Positions 12,322 to 24,999 of a stretch of DNA of 64,000 nucleotides are shown here, piece after piece. The stretch's first letter is position 1. Each line of letters starts with the position of its first letter. This DNA comes from Podarcis cretensis. Taxonomy: Eukaryota. Position numbers and translations under genes: made by a program. A model generated the notes under the pieces. It saw only the letters and a list, made by a program, of their open reading frames with translations. It searched no databases and was not told where the DNA came from. The stretch spans positions 72,850,001 to 72,914,000 of the forward strand of contig OX638150.1 in the NCBI GenBank assembly GCA_951804945.1, in the 5' to 3' direction.

Positions 12322-14467
12322 ATCTTACGCCTTTTTTCAAGCACCTACTTGCCCTTTATGCTCTTAGGTATATGGCATCACATTTTATGAGGCTCCTGGG
12401 GGCAATGAAATAAATACCTCAATGGACAAAAAAACAAACAAATGAAGAGCCATGTACCTCCTTGCTCCCCCAGATTGTCTCTAATCAAAATGTGTGTGCA
12501 GTGAACAGGAGTACCCCTGGCTGAACTCAGCTAGCAGAGGAATGCTCATATTTATAGCACTGGACATGTACACGCCTCTTAATCCTATGATTTAAAGCTG
12601 GCTTGTGCCTCTTCTCACAATTAAAAAAAAACATTCTCCAAGGAAATGCAAGAACCACAGCTCACCCCAGAATCATCTTGCATTCTTCTGTGCCCAGGGA
12701 CTGTTCAGTTTTTTTGGACAAGATGTTATCATTTCTGAAAGTCTTAAGGTGGGAGTTTTAGGTAGGGTTGCAAGTCCAGAGCACTTTCCAGTTCACCTAG
12801 AAGAGCACGTGGACAACACACACTATGTTTCTATACCAGGGATGGTGAACCTATGCCCTTCCAGATCTTGCTGGATCCCAACAATCAGCCTGAGGCAACA
12901 TGGCCAGTGGCCAGGCATAAGGCTGACTTACAGTAGGCAGAAAAACTAGCCCACCAAGAGCCATCCCAGAGGAGAGCATGCAGCCACAGGGAGATGCCTG
13001 CTCTCAAGAGACCCATCTTAGGCACCATAGCAAGAGGCATTTTATGTGCAGGAGGATTAGTGAAGTTTTTCCTTCACTGTGAAACAAATAATATCCACTC
13101 ACATCAGGAATTTCATTTCAATAAACCCCATGCCCTTGGCAGAAGATGACCTGCAGCCCAACCCCTGGGTAGAAAACAGGGAGGAGTTGTAGCTCAGAGT
13201 TACAAAACAGGCGCTGGAGGCTCCAGGGTCAGATCGTAGCATTTCTCGGCTCGATCACTTAACTGGATGTATTGCTGGAAAACGTTTTGGTAAACAGAAC
13301 AAAGAGGTTGGCTGCTGCCAACTGCTTGACAATATGAGTGGGTTAATAGTACTGGGCAAAATAACCCACTGACCTGGTTCAGTGCGAGACAGCTCCCTGT
13401 GTTCTCAACACCAATTTGATCACAGGCAGCTGAAGGGCAGATAAGAAAACAGGCTGCAAGTTTGACGCAGCTCTACTTGCCTGTTCCCCAAGTCAGCCCA
13501 AGGTGCCTCTTAGCTGCCTTCCAAACCAGCAGCAATCCCCCCTCACAGAAGACAACCCCACGAAGCACCACAATTTGGTTCGGTATTTCCAAGCTTGTTT
13601 TCTACAGATGCCCAGCCTCTTCCATCGCTTTTAGAGATGAACAAGTCAGGATCAGCCAAGAAACAAGCAGCCAAAGAAAACTAGATACACTCCTAAAATC
13701 AGGGGTGGGAGAGCTCAACCAGCCCAAAGACCAGGTTGCTCTGTCTTCCATCCAGCGAAGCAGGAGGTATCATCAGAGTTCAAAGAAAAGGCAGGCGAAA
13801 ACAACAGAGGCTGCAGAGCACAACCAGTGGGAGAGGAAGGCCTTGGGGGAGGGGGTGTGGCTTGGGGGTGAGCCCTGTATGGCAAACAGAGAAGGTCCTC
13901 CATCGACTGTAAGAGAAGCAAGGAGAAACACGGCTGTTTGGGGAGAAAAGGAACACAATGGCAGTCAGGCCGCGCCCCTGCCTGCAGCCTCTCGCTCTCC
14001 TGTGCAGGGCACATGACCCTGACAGAGACACCCAGTGTTCCTTCCACTTTGGCAACTGCTTGGCTTTGCCAGCCAAAACTCGTTGACTTAATTACAAGGA
14101 GCAGGAAGTCCGGACAAGGAGAGGCAGCCCCTTGCTGCTCCAGTAGAGACAAAGAGCAACACTGGGAAGGAGAGCTGAAGGCCAGGGCTGGCAGATGGCC
14201 TCTGTACAAACAGCAGAAGGGGAGAGGGGGTGCAGCCACAGCAGCAACAGGCCTCTTGCATTGGGGGTCTCCAGACTCTCTGGCCGCACCCGAAACGGGA
14301 AGAGCTGAGGGAATTGTTAAGGCAAGTAAGAATGATCTGGTTCAGGCGCAGCTACTCGGGGATGGTCACAGGAGGGTGACCAGCACTGGCCAGAGCCACA
14401 GTTCTGTGATGAGAAGGACAAAGCCACACACGATGGGGGGAGGTGTTAATGAAAAGCCGGCCAACGT

Positions 14468-14473
14468 TTTATT
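14468..14473 (-). terminator. AATAAA polyadenylation signal, probable end of the HYAL2 3' UTR
   Basis: tttatt on + is AATAAA on minus, ~1.05 kb downstream of the HYAL2 stop. Confidence 0.6.
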
Positions 14474-15516
14474 GGGGTCTGAAGGCAAATACCACTCACA
14501 GCTGGAGCCTCCTTATTGGCAAGGAGGAATGGCATGAAGGGCCCCTCGGGGCAACCAAGCAAGCTCCCAACACACAATGCAGAACGCCAATTACGTTTTC
14601 TCGGTGTGTCTTTAATTCTGAGGTAAAACTTTTTTGGTTTTCCTATAACGGATGCAGGGCACCAACTCAGCACCGGCCACACACGGATCGGGGGCAGGGC
14701 ACTCCCGCACCCCACGGCTGCCCTTCTCAGAGCAATACAAATGTTGTTTGCCCGCCCACCCAGTCGGTCAGCAAAGGGCATTTTCGCCACCAGAGCTTTC
14801 TACTCTCTAGGTTAAACCCCACTGGCTGGGCAATGCTTTCTCTCCTTCTCTATCGGCTATCCTAAAGAGGCATGTTTTAAACAGCAGCAATTTTCTCCTC
14901 ACTACAGCAGCTCCACCAAACCCATCACACCTCTCCTGAGGCCTAAGCAGGCTCCAGGACTCCCATTTTCTAACCGAGCCCCCCTCCCTCCTTACAACAG
15001 AAGAGCCAAGCACCCCTCTCCCTAATCCTCTCCCAAAAGAATGCCGAATGTGGGCACCTATTCCTCCCTCCTCCCCACCCCCAGGTTACCCTTCGACAAC
15101 TTTCCCCACCCTCAAATTCCTGCTTCTGTTTGGGTAGCTAACCCAAGGCACCAAATCGACTCCTGTGTTGGAGATACTTCTGGACAGCAAGGGAAAGGCA
15201 GGAGAGGCGAGGCCTCATGGCAGCCCCCCTACCTTTGCCAGTCCTCACCTCCAGTCACCCATCTGCCTGCGCACAGAAATACTGTCAGTGGGGGGGAAGG
15301 TCCTTGTTCACTTTTTTGCCCCTTAAAGGGCCAGTGGCACAGATGGGAGAGGTAGGACAGTCTCTTAAATAGTAGGTCTGCTACATCACTGCTAAAGAAA
15401 TATATATATATAAAAACGAGAGGCTGGCGGCTCTTATTTCTCCCTTTCCGCCTATCACCACTGCCTGCTGCACCAGGAACTAGTTTGCGGCCGCAGAGAT
15501 TCCAGTTGGAGGCAGC

Positions 15517-15921
15517 CTAGTGCAAGCAGGCCAGCAGACAGAGAGTTATCAGCAACTGGAGTCCCAGGTTACTGCGAAGATAGGGGCCGCCCCCAGGAGG
15601 GTTCAGCTGCTCCTTGCATCCTTTCCCGTGCCATCCCTGGTAACAGTGGCACTGGAAGTGGGCCTTGAGGAAGGCAGTGTCATCCTGAGAGAAGTTCCCT
15701 GTGGCCTCAAACAGCTGCTTGCCCTGCCCAGGAGCGTTGCGGTGGATCTCGAAGCTGGCTGGGTTGAGATGCAAGAAGACGTCAGTGTTGCTGAAAATGC
15801 GCCGGCAGCGCCCGTGGCCACTGCACAGAGCGTGGCTGCAGAGTTCGGCAGCTGTGGTCACGTTGACGATGTAACGGCCAAGGCCTTCCTCTATGTAGTT
15901 TTTAATCAGCTGGCACGTTTC
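15517..15921 (-). CDS. HYAL2: Hyaluronidase-2, last coding exon (EGF-like domain and GPI signal)
   Basis: Acceptor ctctcctctgcag|GAA at 15921. Translation ETCQLIKNY...CSHALCSGHGRC...FQCHCYQGWHGKGC...LGLQLLITLCLLACLH*. Stop TAG at 15519-15517. Confidence 0.95.
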   Translation of the reverse strand, partial: ETCQLIKNYIEEGLGRYIVNVTTAAELCSHALCSGHGRCRRIFSNTDVFLHLNPASFEIHRNAPGQGKQLFEATGNFSQDDTAFLKAHFQCHCYQGWHGKGCKEQLNPPGGGPYLRSNLGLQLLITLCLLACLH

Positions 15922-17536
15922 CTGCAGAGGAGAGGATTCAAAATTAGCAACAGGAACTGGGAGACTAGCAGCTATAGCCAGGTGGTGAGATTTCACTCTT
16001 ATTGAATCCCTGATGCAAGAAGGTCCAATGGAAGCCTCTATCCATACATCCATCCTGCAATCTAGCAGTTTAGATTTCTGAGCCAAAATACATATCTGAG
16101 AGTAAATTCCATTTATTTCCATGGAGTTTACTTCTTGGTAAGCATGCATAGGGTTTCTGCCTTGGTCAGTATTTATCCCTTTCTTAAACCCTAATAACAC
16201 ATTACTTATGTGTGGAGCATTTCTGTGTGGACCCATGCTTCCAAGTCTTGAACCCAGGTCTGCAACCCCCTCAGCTTGCACCCGACTTCGTCTGCAGAGA
16301 AATTTCAGAGCATGAGCACCTGCTTGTGCAAAGGGGCAGCATGCAATCAGGACACCCAGTCATGGAGGAAGAAGTTCTGATGGGGGAGGCGGGGCCAAAA
16401 GCCCAGCCCCCTCTGCTGACATGCCCTACATATGAATAATGCATGAACAGATGGGGCTGTATTTGGTAATGGGAATTTATCACTTCCCTCTTTCAAGAGG
16501 ATGCACTGAAAAGACTTAAGACATCAGATCCGGATGACACAATCCCAATACTAGTCAGTACGGTTGCTTCACATCCTTGCAGGAAACTTGGAAGAACTGT
16601 TCCCAGAGCAGCTTTGCTAAACACGGTGCTTGAAGGCAAGTATAAAGGCAGTGTTTTCAGCTCAATATGGCTACCCACAGCTGTTAGGGTGTAGGCTAGG
16701 ACTTTCACAGCACAAGGAGGCCTCCCTCAAGACCGAAAGGCTTGAGTTGTGTACAGCCTCAGTCTCTACTATTTACACTGAAAGCAGTTATTGCCCATTA
16801 TGTACTCTGGACACCAAAGGGGGTATCTCTCTATGGTTCCATCTCTTTAGGAAATGATGCATATGCTTGGTATCAACACTGGAATGGCAACTAGTTGAAT
16901 TCAATACAAGGAAGTGCTATGGAGGCCTTTGGTGGGGACCATGCCCCCTTGGACAAAGTAGCAAAGCTCCAAAGAAGAGTGTCTTTGTATCCCTCAAAGC
17001 CAAAAGCCATTAGTAGTCAAAAGCCACCCTTCTCCCTCTAGTACCAGGTGGTCATTGCATTGACAGTATCTATCTATCTATCTATCTATCTAGTGTGTAT
17101 GTGTATTTATGTATTGCTTAAAACAATAAACAGTGCAGCATGTAAGAGGCAACACGGGATCTGGGATTGAAAATAAAGCAATGGCAGTAAAGAGAAACAA
17201 TACCAGCCATAATACAATACAAGCTAGATCTTTTCAGGGATGCATGAAATAGCCACTCCCTTGGGAGTCATGAGTTGCCAGGGGACCACAATTTATGCTT
17301 GACCTATTAATAAAACTTACAGACGGAAACAAAATTCTGTCAAATTTATCATGTCTTGTCATGCCTCTTATTACTCTGTGGTGGTATGTTAGATGTCCAG
17401 AAAGCCCATTTGTCCCACACCTGAGACCACCAGCGTTCCCTAGAGGGCCTTTCTGGGGTCTTCTGACATTCAGCAACTTCCAGGCATTGCCAGTACCTTT
17501 GTCAACACATGCCTCTTCCCATACTTCTCCTGACAG

Positions 17537-17800
17537 AGAGAAGTGTGAGAGCCAGTGTGGTGTAATGGTTAAGAGCGGTAGTCTCGTAATCTGGGGAACC
17601 GGGTTCGCGTCTCCGCTCCTTCACATGCAGCTGCTGGGTGACCTTGGGCCAGTCACACTTCTCTGAAGTCTCTCAGCCCCACTCACCTCACAGAGTATTT
17701 GTTGTGGGGGAGGAAGTGAAAGGAGAATGTTAGCCGCTTTGAGACTTCTTCGGGTAGTGATAAAGTGGGATATCAAATCCAAACTCTTTTTCTTCTTCTT
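17537..17800 (+). mobile_element. tRNA-derived SINE with a (TTC)n tail (Squam3-like)
   Basis: A-box-like TGGTGTAATGG, B-box-like GGGTTCGCGTCTCC, core ctgggtgaccttgggccagtcac, (TTC)n tail, and a repeated flank CTGACAG. Confidence 0.7.
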
Positions 17801-18005
17801 CTGACAGCCCACCAAAAAGAGGCTGTGCTGATGCTGAGCTGCTAAACCGAACAAATTGCAGAAGTAGCTCCACTAAGAGGGCTGCCTGCTGAATTAAGAC
17901 AGGACCCGACATGCTGTTGGCAGAAGTGAGATCGAAGAGCCGTTTTATCTGAAAGAAGCTCCCTCTTGGCTTGTCTCTCTGCGGATGGTGCGGAAACATA
18001 CATAC

Positions 18006-18095
18006 CCGACTTCTAGTGTTCTCTGCATCTCCCCAGAAGATCGCACCAGCTACCCCCAGAGCAGCACTCTCCCCGATGGTGGAGATCAAATCTTT
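18006..18095 (-). CDS. HYAL2: Hyaluronidase-2, 90-nt middle coding exon
   Basis: tttctttccag|AAA GAT TTG...CGG|gtatgt. Translation KDLISTIGESAALGVAGAIFWGDAENTRSR. This is the conserved 90-nt phase-0 exon of vertebrate hyaluronidases. Confidence 0.95.
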
Positions 18096-18454
18096 CTGGA
18101 AAGAAACATCCAGGTAGTTCCACAGTTAGTACAGATACAGAATATTAGGAGATTAGTAGGATACTCTCTAGCTCAATAATGGATAGGTTGCTGTATTATG
18201 ACTGTTCCTTATTATATAGTAAAAGGGGGTGCCTTTTAACACCAGTTTCAGCCTTATGGTGGAGAGAAAGGATAATTCACCTTTCAAAATACGGACTGTC
18301 AGATAAAAGCAACATTTCAGACTGACAAAGAGAAACAGGTGAAAGCCTTGCCTGGCCAACATGTGTGAGGGAGTTTCTTGTTGGTGCTGTGGAGGAAATG
18401 GATGAGGGACTGCCTGCCCCCTGGCCCTTGAAGGCTTCATTCCCATGGAAGTAA

Positions 18455-18841
18455 GGTAAAGGTAAAAAGGTAAAGAACCCCTGGACGGTTAAGTCCAGTC
18501 AAAGGCAACTATGGGGTTGTAGCGCTCATCTCACTTTCAGGCCGAGGGAGCCAGTGTTTGCCCACAGACAGCTTTCTGTGTCATATGGCCAGCAGGACTA
18601 AACCGCTTCTGGTGCAACGGAACACCGTAATGAAAACCAGAGTGCACAGAAACACCGCTTACCTTCCTGCTGCAGCAGTACCTATTTATCTACTCACACT
18701 GGTGTGCTTTCAAACAGCTAGGTTGGCAGGAGCTGGGACATTGCACTGGGAGCTCACCCTGTTGCGGGGATTTGAACCACCAACCTTCTGACTGGCAAGC
18801 CCAAGAGGCTCAGTGGTTTAGACCACAGTGCCACCCGTGTT
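18455..18841 (-). mobile_element. Sauria SINE
   Basis: (ACCTTT)n tail and tRNA-like head in reverse; 12-bp TSD CCATGGAAGTAA at 18443-18454 and 18842-18853. Confidence 0.85.
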
Positions 18842-19981
18842 CCATGGAAGTAATCTGTTAGGGTCACACACTTGCAGTGGGCAGGGCCAGAACCTCTCTA
18901 CATGCAACCTCTCAAGAACCTGAAGATACAGAAAGAGTGTAGGGTGGTAGATTATCTCAAGTTAAAATCATCGCCACCTCTTACATTTTCCATCCGTCAA
19001 TGCACATGCACCACACAACAAAACAGGTGTCACCTGGTGTTGGTAGGCCAGAAAATTCCACGAAGGATTGGGAATGCCTCGCCACCCGAAAATCTGGAGA
19101 GTGGGTGCCAGTTCATGAAGGTAGTACTGAGTCATACTGAGCAATGGTCTGATAGTAGACAGAGCAATGGTAAAGCACAGCCCCAATTACATGGAGGATT
19201 TACCTTCATTCAGTGAGCACTCCCCAATGCAACATGGGCAAGTTCAGGGACACATTGAGACATGCACAAGGTCCTTGGAGGAAGGCTTGTCCCCATCCTC
19301 ACTTTCAGCATCTACATTTTCAGGTGTGTGAACATGCCTCTGGTAGAGTACAGACAACCAGGACAAATCATGCTACACCAAATGCAGAGATCATCCCCAG
19401 AGCTCAAAGGGGTTGGGTGAGGAGTGGAACTGCAAATTGTATTCTATGGATGAATAGGCCTTTAGGCATGTGTGGTTAAAGCTGCCATTTTATTATCAAT
19501 GACTGTTGCCAAGCAAGAAGGAGCAACAACAACTTTTTTAAAATACAAAACTTGGGCGTTACTACCCCTTGCCTAAACATGTCTGAAGTTTGTCATTTTA
19601 ATTAGCGTTTCACTTACACTGCTTACTTTCAGAGCACCCTCTAGTTAATCTGAATGATTCCTAAGTAGCAGGGATAAAAACCTCCATTCACTAACTTCCA
19701 CTCTATCCATGGGCAAAGTCAGCCACATAACGAGCAAGGGTTGCATTTTTGAGGCTCTAGAACTCACCACTGGCCACAGATTATTATTTTTTTCCAAAAT
19801 GCTCAGCTGTAAAGTTGCTCTTGCCTTTGGTTAGAGGTAGAGCATGAAACCAAGTTAAGATCTCAAAGAGAGAAAGACCCAAGGTGCGTGCAGGTATCAT
19901 GCCCAGCTCTGCTTCTCCAAACAGCGGATCTGCAAGGTGCAAACTTATTAAAGTAACGTACAAGGTAATTGCAACTGCTGA

Positions 19982-20140
19982 CATAGGTGCCAACTCTCTG
20001 GGGCCCTGGGTGCCCGAGTACCCAAAAAATTCCCCTTGAAGGGGCCGGGCACCCACAAATTTCAATGCCAGGGCCATGCACACTGCATGGCACCCATGGC
20101 CCCGGGCACCCACGGTTGCGGGGCCAAGCTGGCACTCCTG
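19982..20140 (+). mobile_element. hAT-type MITE, family C
   Basis: CATAGGTGCCAAC...GCTGGCACTCCTG ends; 8-bp TSD ACTGCTGA/ATTGCTGA; homologous to 26037-26199. Confidence 0.75.
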
Positions 20141-20574
20141 ATTGCTGAAATCCAGTTGTGTAAGGGCAGCTGAAAATTCTGTTTTGGAAACTTCCCCCAC
20201 CCCAGCCAAGGCAAGATAGAAGCGGTCCAGTCTTAAAACTCATCACAGAGCCCAGTGATGTGCAAGGTCAGAAACTCTGGAAGGAAATCCCCCACCCTGA
20301 AGCTTAAGTGCCTTTCCTATTGTAAGTAGCAAACTCAGAAGTGATGGGTCCCTTTATGATAGTCCCAGCCACACACCTTCTAAGATTATACAACAATCTT
20401 ATAATGATAAAATAGCAATAACTGGGGATGTGTTGCAATAAAACACTTTCCACCTAAATCTACTGTTTTCTGCACACATACTTGGGAAATGATTTGGAGT
20501 GCTCCAATATCTTTCAGAGTAACTTATGTTGTGTTTTTCATAATGTCTCATTACATGTAACATAACTTGTACAC

Positions 20575-20832
20575 CATGGGTAGACAAACTAAGGCCTGGG
20601 GGCCGGATCCGGCCCAATTGCCTTCTAAATATAGCCCACGGACGGCCTGGGAATCAGCATGTTTTTACATGAGTAGAATGCGTCCTTTTATTTAAAATGC
20701 ATCTCTGGGTTATTTGTGGGGCATAGGAATTCGTTCATTATTTCCACCCCCCCAAAAAAATATAGTCCAGCCCCCCACAAGGTCTGAGGGACAGTGGACC
20801 GGCCCCCTGCTGAAAAAGTTTGCTGACCCCTG
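20575..20832 (-). mobile_element. hAT-type MITE, family B (reverse orientation)
   Basis: Reverse complement of 12082-12321; 8-bp TSD TTGTACAC/TTGTATAC. Confidence 0.8.
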
Positions 20833-22356
20833 TTGTATACCATTCTCTTGAAAGTCAGGCACCTTGTGTTTTTGGTGTTCCAAAATGCATAGCTTTGGAG
20901 CATAGTGGCTAAAAAAGCTTCCCTTTCATGCTGATCATGTGGCTTAAGGTCACTGGAGACTCTGCTGCCGAAACAGTAATGAGCCTTTGATTCCCCCCAC
21001 CCCAAGGCCCCACATCACTAACACTACATTGCTGCCTGCTGCTTCCTGTAAGTCCAGCTAGGATAGGGAAGTTTTTTCCTATATGAGGGAAACAGAAATC
21101 ATACTGCAATAGATTACCGATTACGATACAGTTACAGGGACCAACTATCTCAGAAAGCTTTCGCTCCCAAGTTGTGTGGGCCAAGGCAGAAGACCGAAGA
21201 TAGTACATTTTTGCCTATGGACAAGCCAGTCACATCAACCCTGACACTAGCCTCAGTGGTGCTCAGACCTTGGGGGCATCTGCATGATCCTGCTGCATCT
21301 TACAGTGCCAGGTAGCCTCAGAAGTTACCTTGGGAAACTGCAGGAAGCAGAAGCAATGCAGCTTGGCTTTCAGCACAGATCTACACTCCAAAGGCTGTGG
21401 CACCATGGCAAAGGACTACTCTGAAGTTGGCATGCCTGGATGCTCTTCAAGCCAACAGAACTTGGGTCAATAGACTACATCCCCTTACCAACCCTGTGTG
21501 CTTCAGTGCGCCAGAACTAAGCCCACCCATAGGAACAATTTGGAGTGCAACTTCCGACTTCTCCAGCTCAGTGGTCCACAATGGGCTGGACATGTATCCA
21601 GCCCAATGGCTCCCTATTCTTTAGAAAAGCCCTTGGCAAAATGCCAGACTAATAATTCTTTCTAGGAGAATTAAATGTCCATAAAGAACAGCACTTTTTT
21701 GCAGCAGTGCTGCCACAGCCATACAACTGATGAGGGAGACAGACAGAAGCAGCTGCCTCCTTCCCTCCTCAGCCCCACCCTAGACTTCTTAAGTTTCCAT
21801 TACACATCAAGTCAATTTGCTTAGGACCAAGATAAAGGAGAAGTCCTTTCCCACCTCCCATTGTACAGCAAATCCACAGGAACCACAGCTCACAGGTGCT
21901 TCCTGGGAGCAGTCCCAGCCCACAAAACTTTGGTTGGAGACCTCATTAAAGCTTCTGATAAGCAGCCTTTATCTGATCATGCTTATCAGTTATTACCACA
22001 AACTAATGCATCTCAGTTATTGCTATAACAGGTCTGAACAACGTTTGACCCAGGAAGGCAAAGGCAGCTCACCAGCTAGGTATTGGTGGCCAGCTAAGTG
22101 CCAAGTAGCCTCCCACCCTAGCCCCATTGTTTCCGTGTCAGTCAGACAGCACACCAGAAAGTTTATTACACCCCTGGAGAGTGCCATACATTGCTGGTGG
22201 ATTACCTTTTGGGAGGGTGGATCACAAGCTGGGCTGACCTGTCCTTCAGACTGCTCCTCTTCATGGGACAGAAATCCAACCCCAATGGCCCTGGATTCTT
22301 GGCTATTTCCCAATTCCAACAGAGTAACATTTACCAGATAGGAAAGGCTTTCTTAC

Positions 22357-23283
22357 CTCGCTTAGGACATTCTGTGTGCGTATATAGGTGGGCCTGGTGT
22401 AGACAAAGACCGGTAGGCTATAGTTATCATGGTGCTGCTGGGAGATGCGAAGGGCCTCTCCTACCCGAGACCTCACAAACTTGCGGCCATTTGTGTGGTT
22501 GGCCAGCACCTGCTCCAGGTAGATGGAAGGGTAAAGGGCAGTGCTCTCCTTCCAAAGCCAGAAAAGATGGTCGTTGCGTGACTTCTCCACATCTGGGCAG
22601 CACCCTGTGTAGCTGTCCTGGTTCTTACTGTAGTCGTGGTTGTAGCAGTCGGGGAAGAGGTAGAAGCCCCACAGTTGCCGGGGGCGATAGTACTTGGCGT
22701 ATTTCAAGGTCTCGCTCATAAACTCACGGGCATACGACTCAAATTCATACTGAGCCTCCTTCTTCACCTGGTCCTCCAGCAGGTGAGGCTGCCGAGCCTT
22801 CACAAGTAAACGGGAGACATTGCGGTAGATGTCTTTCGACTGCCAGTTCCGGACCCAGATGGGTCTCCACTCTTCCCAGTCGATCACAGCCAACCCCTCC
22901 TTTGTCTCAGTGCGGATGTATTTCCTAATACTAGATTCCAGTTGGTTCCGATGCTGCTGTAAATTGCTGTTTTGGGGGACACCCCCATTCACAGCCTTCC
23001 CCCCATCATAGTAGGGATAGAGGCCCAGGCGCTCTTTATAGAAAATGGTCAAGTTCTGGTCCACAAAAAGTTCATTGGTCGAGGCATGAACGTCAAAGAT
23101 GCTGAGATCTGGCTGGACACCATAGCGAGGCTTGCATTCCTCGGTTGGCGCATTCCAAGCAACAATGAAAGGCCTGCGGGTGAGAATGGGGGTGAAGGCG
23201 GGCTTCTCTTCGTCCTGCCCAGGGGCGCCAGCCACAACCAGGAACACAAACCAAGTCACTGCCAGCACAGAGCTTCCCTGCAT
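22357..23283 (-). CDS. HYAL2: Hyaluronidase-2, first coding exon
   Basis: ATG at 23283 (MQGSSVLAVTWFVFLVVAG, signal peptide), PFIVAWNAP, catalytic VIDWEEWRP, LWGFYLFPDCYNHDY, PVFVYTRPTY. Donor GAG|gtaaga at 22356; acceptor ttcttttgcag| opens the exon at 23338. The three exons join in frame to 309+30+134 = 473 aa. Confidence 0.96.
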
Positions 23284-24999
23284 CCTCTCCAAGTGGTTTG
23301 GGGACAAGGTGGTGGCAGGTTACAGGCAGAGCAAAGGCCTGCAAAAGAAGACACAAGAAGAGCAGAGAAATGTCTGATTATGCTAAAGTAAGGAAAAGGA
23401 ATCACACTTTTTGACCAGGCGCAAACTCCTTGGTACAACAGTATAAGCTAAAGGCGGCCATTTGAAATGCTTCTTTGGAAACAAAGGAAAAAAGAATTCC
23501 TCAACCAGAACTTCTATCTCTATCAGTAAAACTCCTCCCTCCACTAGTCTTTATCGTACTCAGAAGGTGGGAGCTAATTGGGAATTGAAACACACACACA
23601 CACACACCAGAGAGCTGGCCTAATCTGGTATACAATGACTGTGGCAGTGTTCAGAATTTAGCTATTATTGTTATGATCCCAACCCCCTTTTAAAAAAAAC
23701 CTGTGGCATCTCAACAGGCAACATGCTTTTATTTTCCAACTTTCGTACCAGTTCCCAGAGCTCCGTCTGCAATCTGGCGTAACCCACCATCTGCTACAGG
23801 ACTGAGAGTTGGAAAAGTCTACAGAGTCTAGCAAAAGCATGGCAGGCACAATCAAATAAACAGCAGCGGAGAGCAGAGCAAAACCTGGCAGAGAGGTTCT
23901 CAGAGCCTCAAGAATCAGCATGCAGGGACACATGGGTCCAGAAAACCAGTCGCCTGTTTATTTAGCGGCTTCAGGACTGCCAGCACTGCAGAGATACTTC
24001 CTAGACAGAGCAGTTCTTAAGGAGAACCTTCCTGCTTTCTTTTCCCTGAAGGCCCATCATCAGCATAACCCTAGACTAACTGGTGGACCTAGAGAGGAGA
24101 CAGGGCCATTATACAAGCATACAGATTGTACAAAAGCGCCATTGGCCTCAGGAGGAAAATGGGGCAAGTAAACAAAGAAGTTAGCCCATCACAACCCTGG
24201 CAGCAGAAGCTTTTCACTAAGGAAGCCAAGCAAGTGAGACCTCAGCTTTGATGACCCTTATCACTACTGCTGAAAGAGAGTCCAAGAGCTGCTTTGAAAG
24301 AACTGCGTTTAAAGCCTTCCCCAGCAAAGGATGGTTCCCCAATATCAGAACACTTTCTTAAATTTATACCAAAATGCCTACCTTCCTAACATGAAAGTCA
24401 GTATTTTCTCTTTCAACACATCAACAAAATCAACACCATTTTTTAAAAAGAAAGTTATCCTTTGTTCGTAAAATTTTGCGTCCCCGTTATACACTCTTTA
24501 ACATCTTGCTGGTGAGGAACAACATAGCTTCTAAAGTTTTGCCCCCCCCCCTCCCCACAGAAAAGTTCACAAGGTGAACTATTTGGTGGAAAGAAAGAAT
24601 CCCTATCAAATAGCATTTGAGAGTAAAGAGTTGTGGGGAAATGTGGATGTCAGAAACTGAACTAAGTCACTTTTGGAAAAAAGAATAGCTTTAAAGACTG
24701 TTACTGCAGCAATCGGACAACGCTAGAAGAACAGGCAGCAGCAAAAAGTGGGAAAACTTAGCTAGAAAAGAAAAGAAAATCAAGACCCAAGTAGTTACTG
24801 AAGCCGGGTCAGCAGAACAGATGGAAGAGCACTTCCACGTGCTAACGCAAACACCAAGTCAAATATTCCGAGTTCCGAGCGAGCGTGATCTTTCCAGCAA
24901 AAAAATATGCCCACTAAAAAGCAAGTAGCTTGAAACCGTGATGTTCAGCCAAAATGCAAACCAGAATCACTCGCCACAAAATATTCAAGCGGTGCACAT

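Noticed and set aside
13462-14865. Cluster of 100-200 aa ORFs
   Set aside because: GC-rich HYAL2 3' UTR and flank; several frames open on both strands, with no motif or splice structure.
15922-16281. N-terminal extension of the 254-aa ORF
   Set aside because: Intronic read-through upstream of the acceptor at 15921.
17549-17620. tRNA-like sequence (also ~40962-41040)
   Set aside because: SINE heads continuing into SINE bodies and tails, not tRNA genes.
23284-23307. TTG start given for HYAL2 in the ORF track
   Set aside because: The ATG at 23283 directly precedes the signal peptide and gives the expected protein length.
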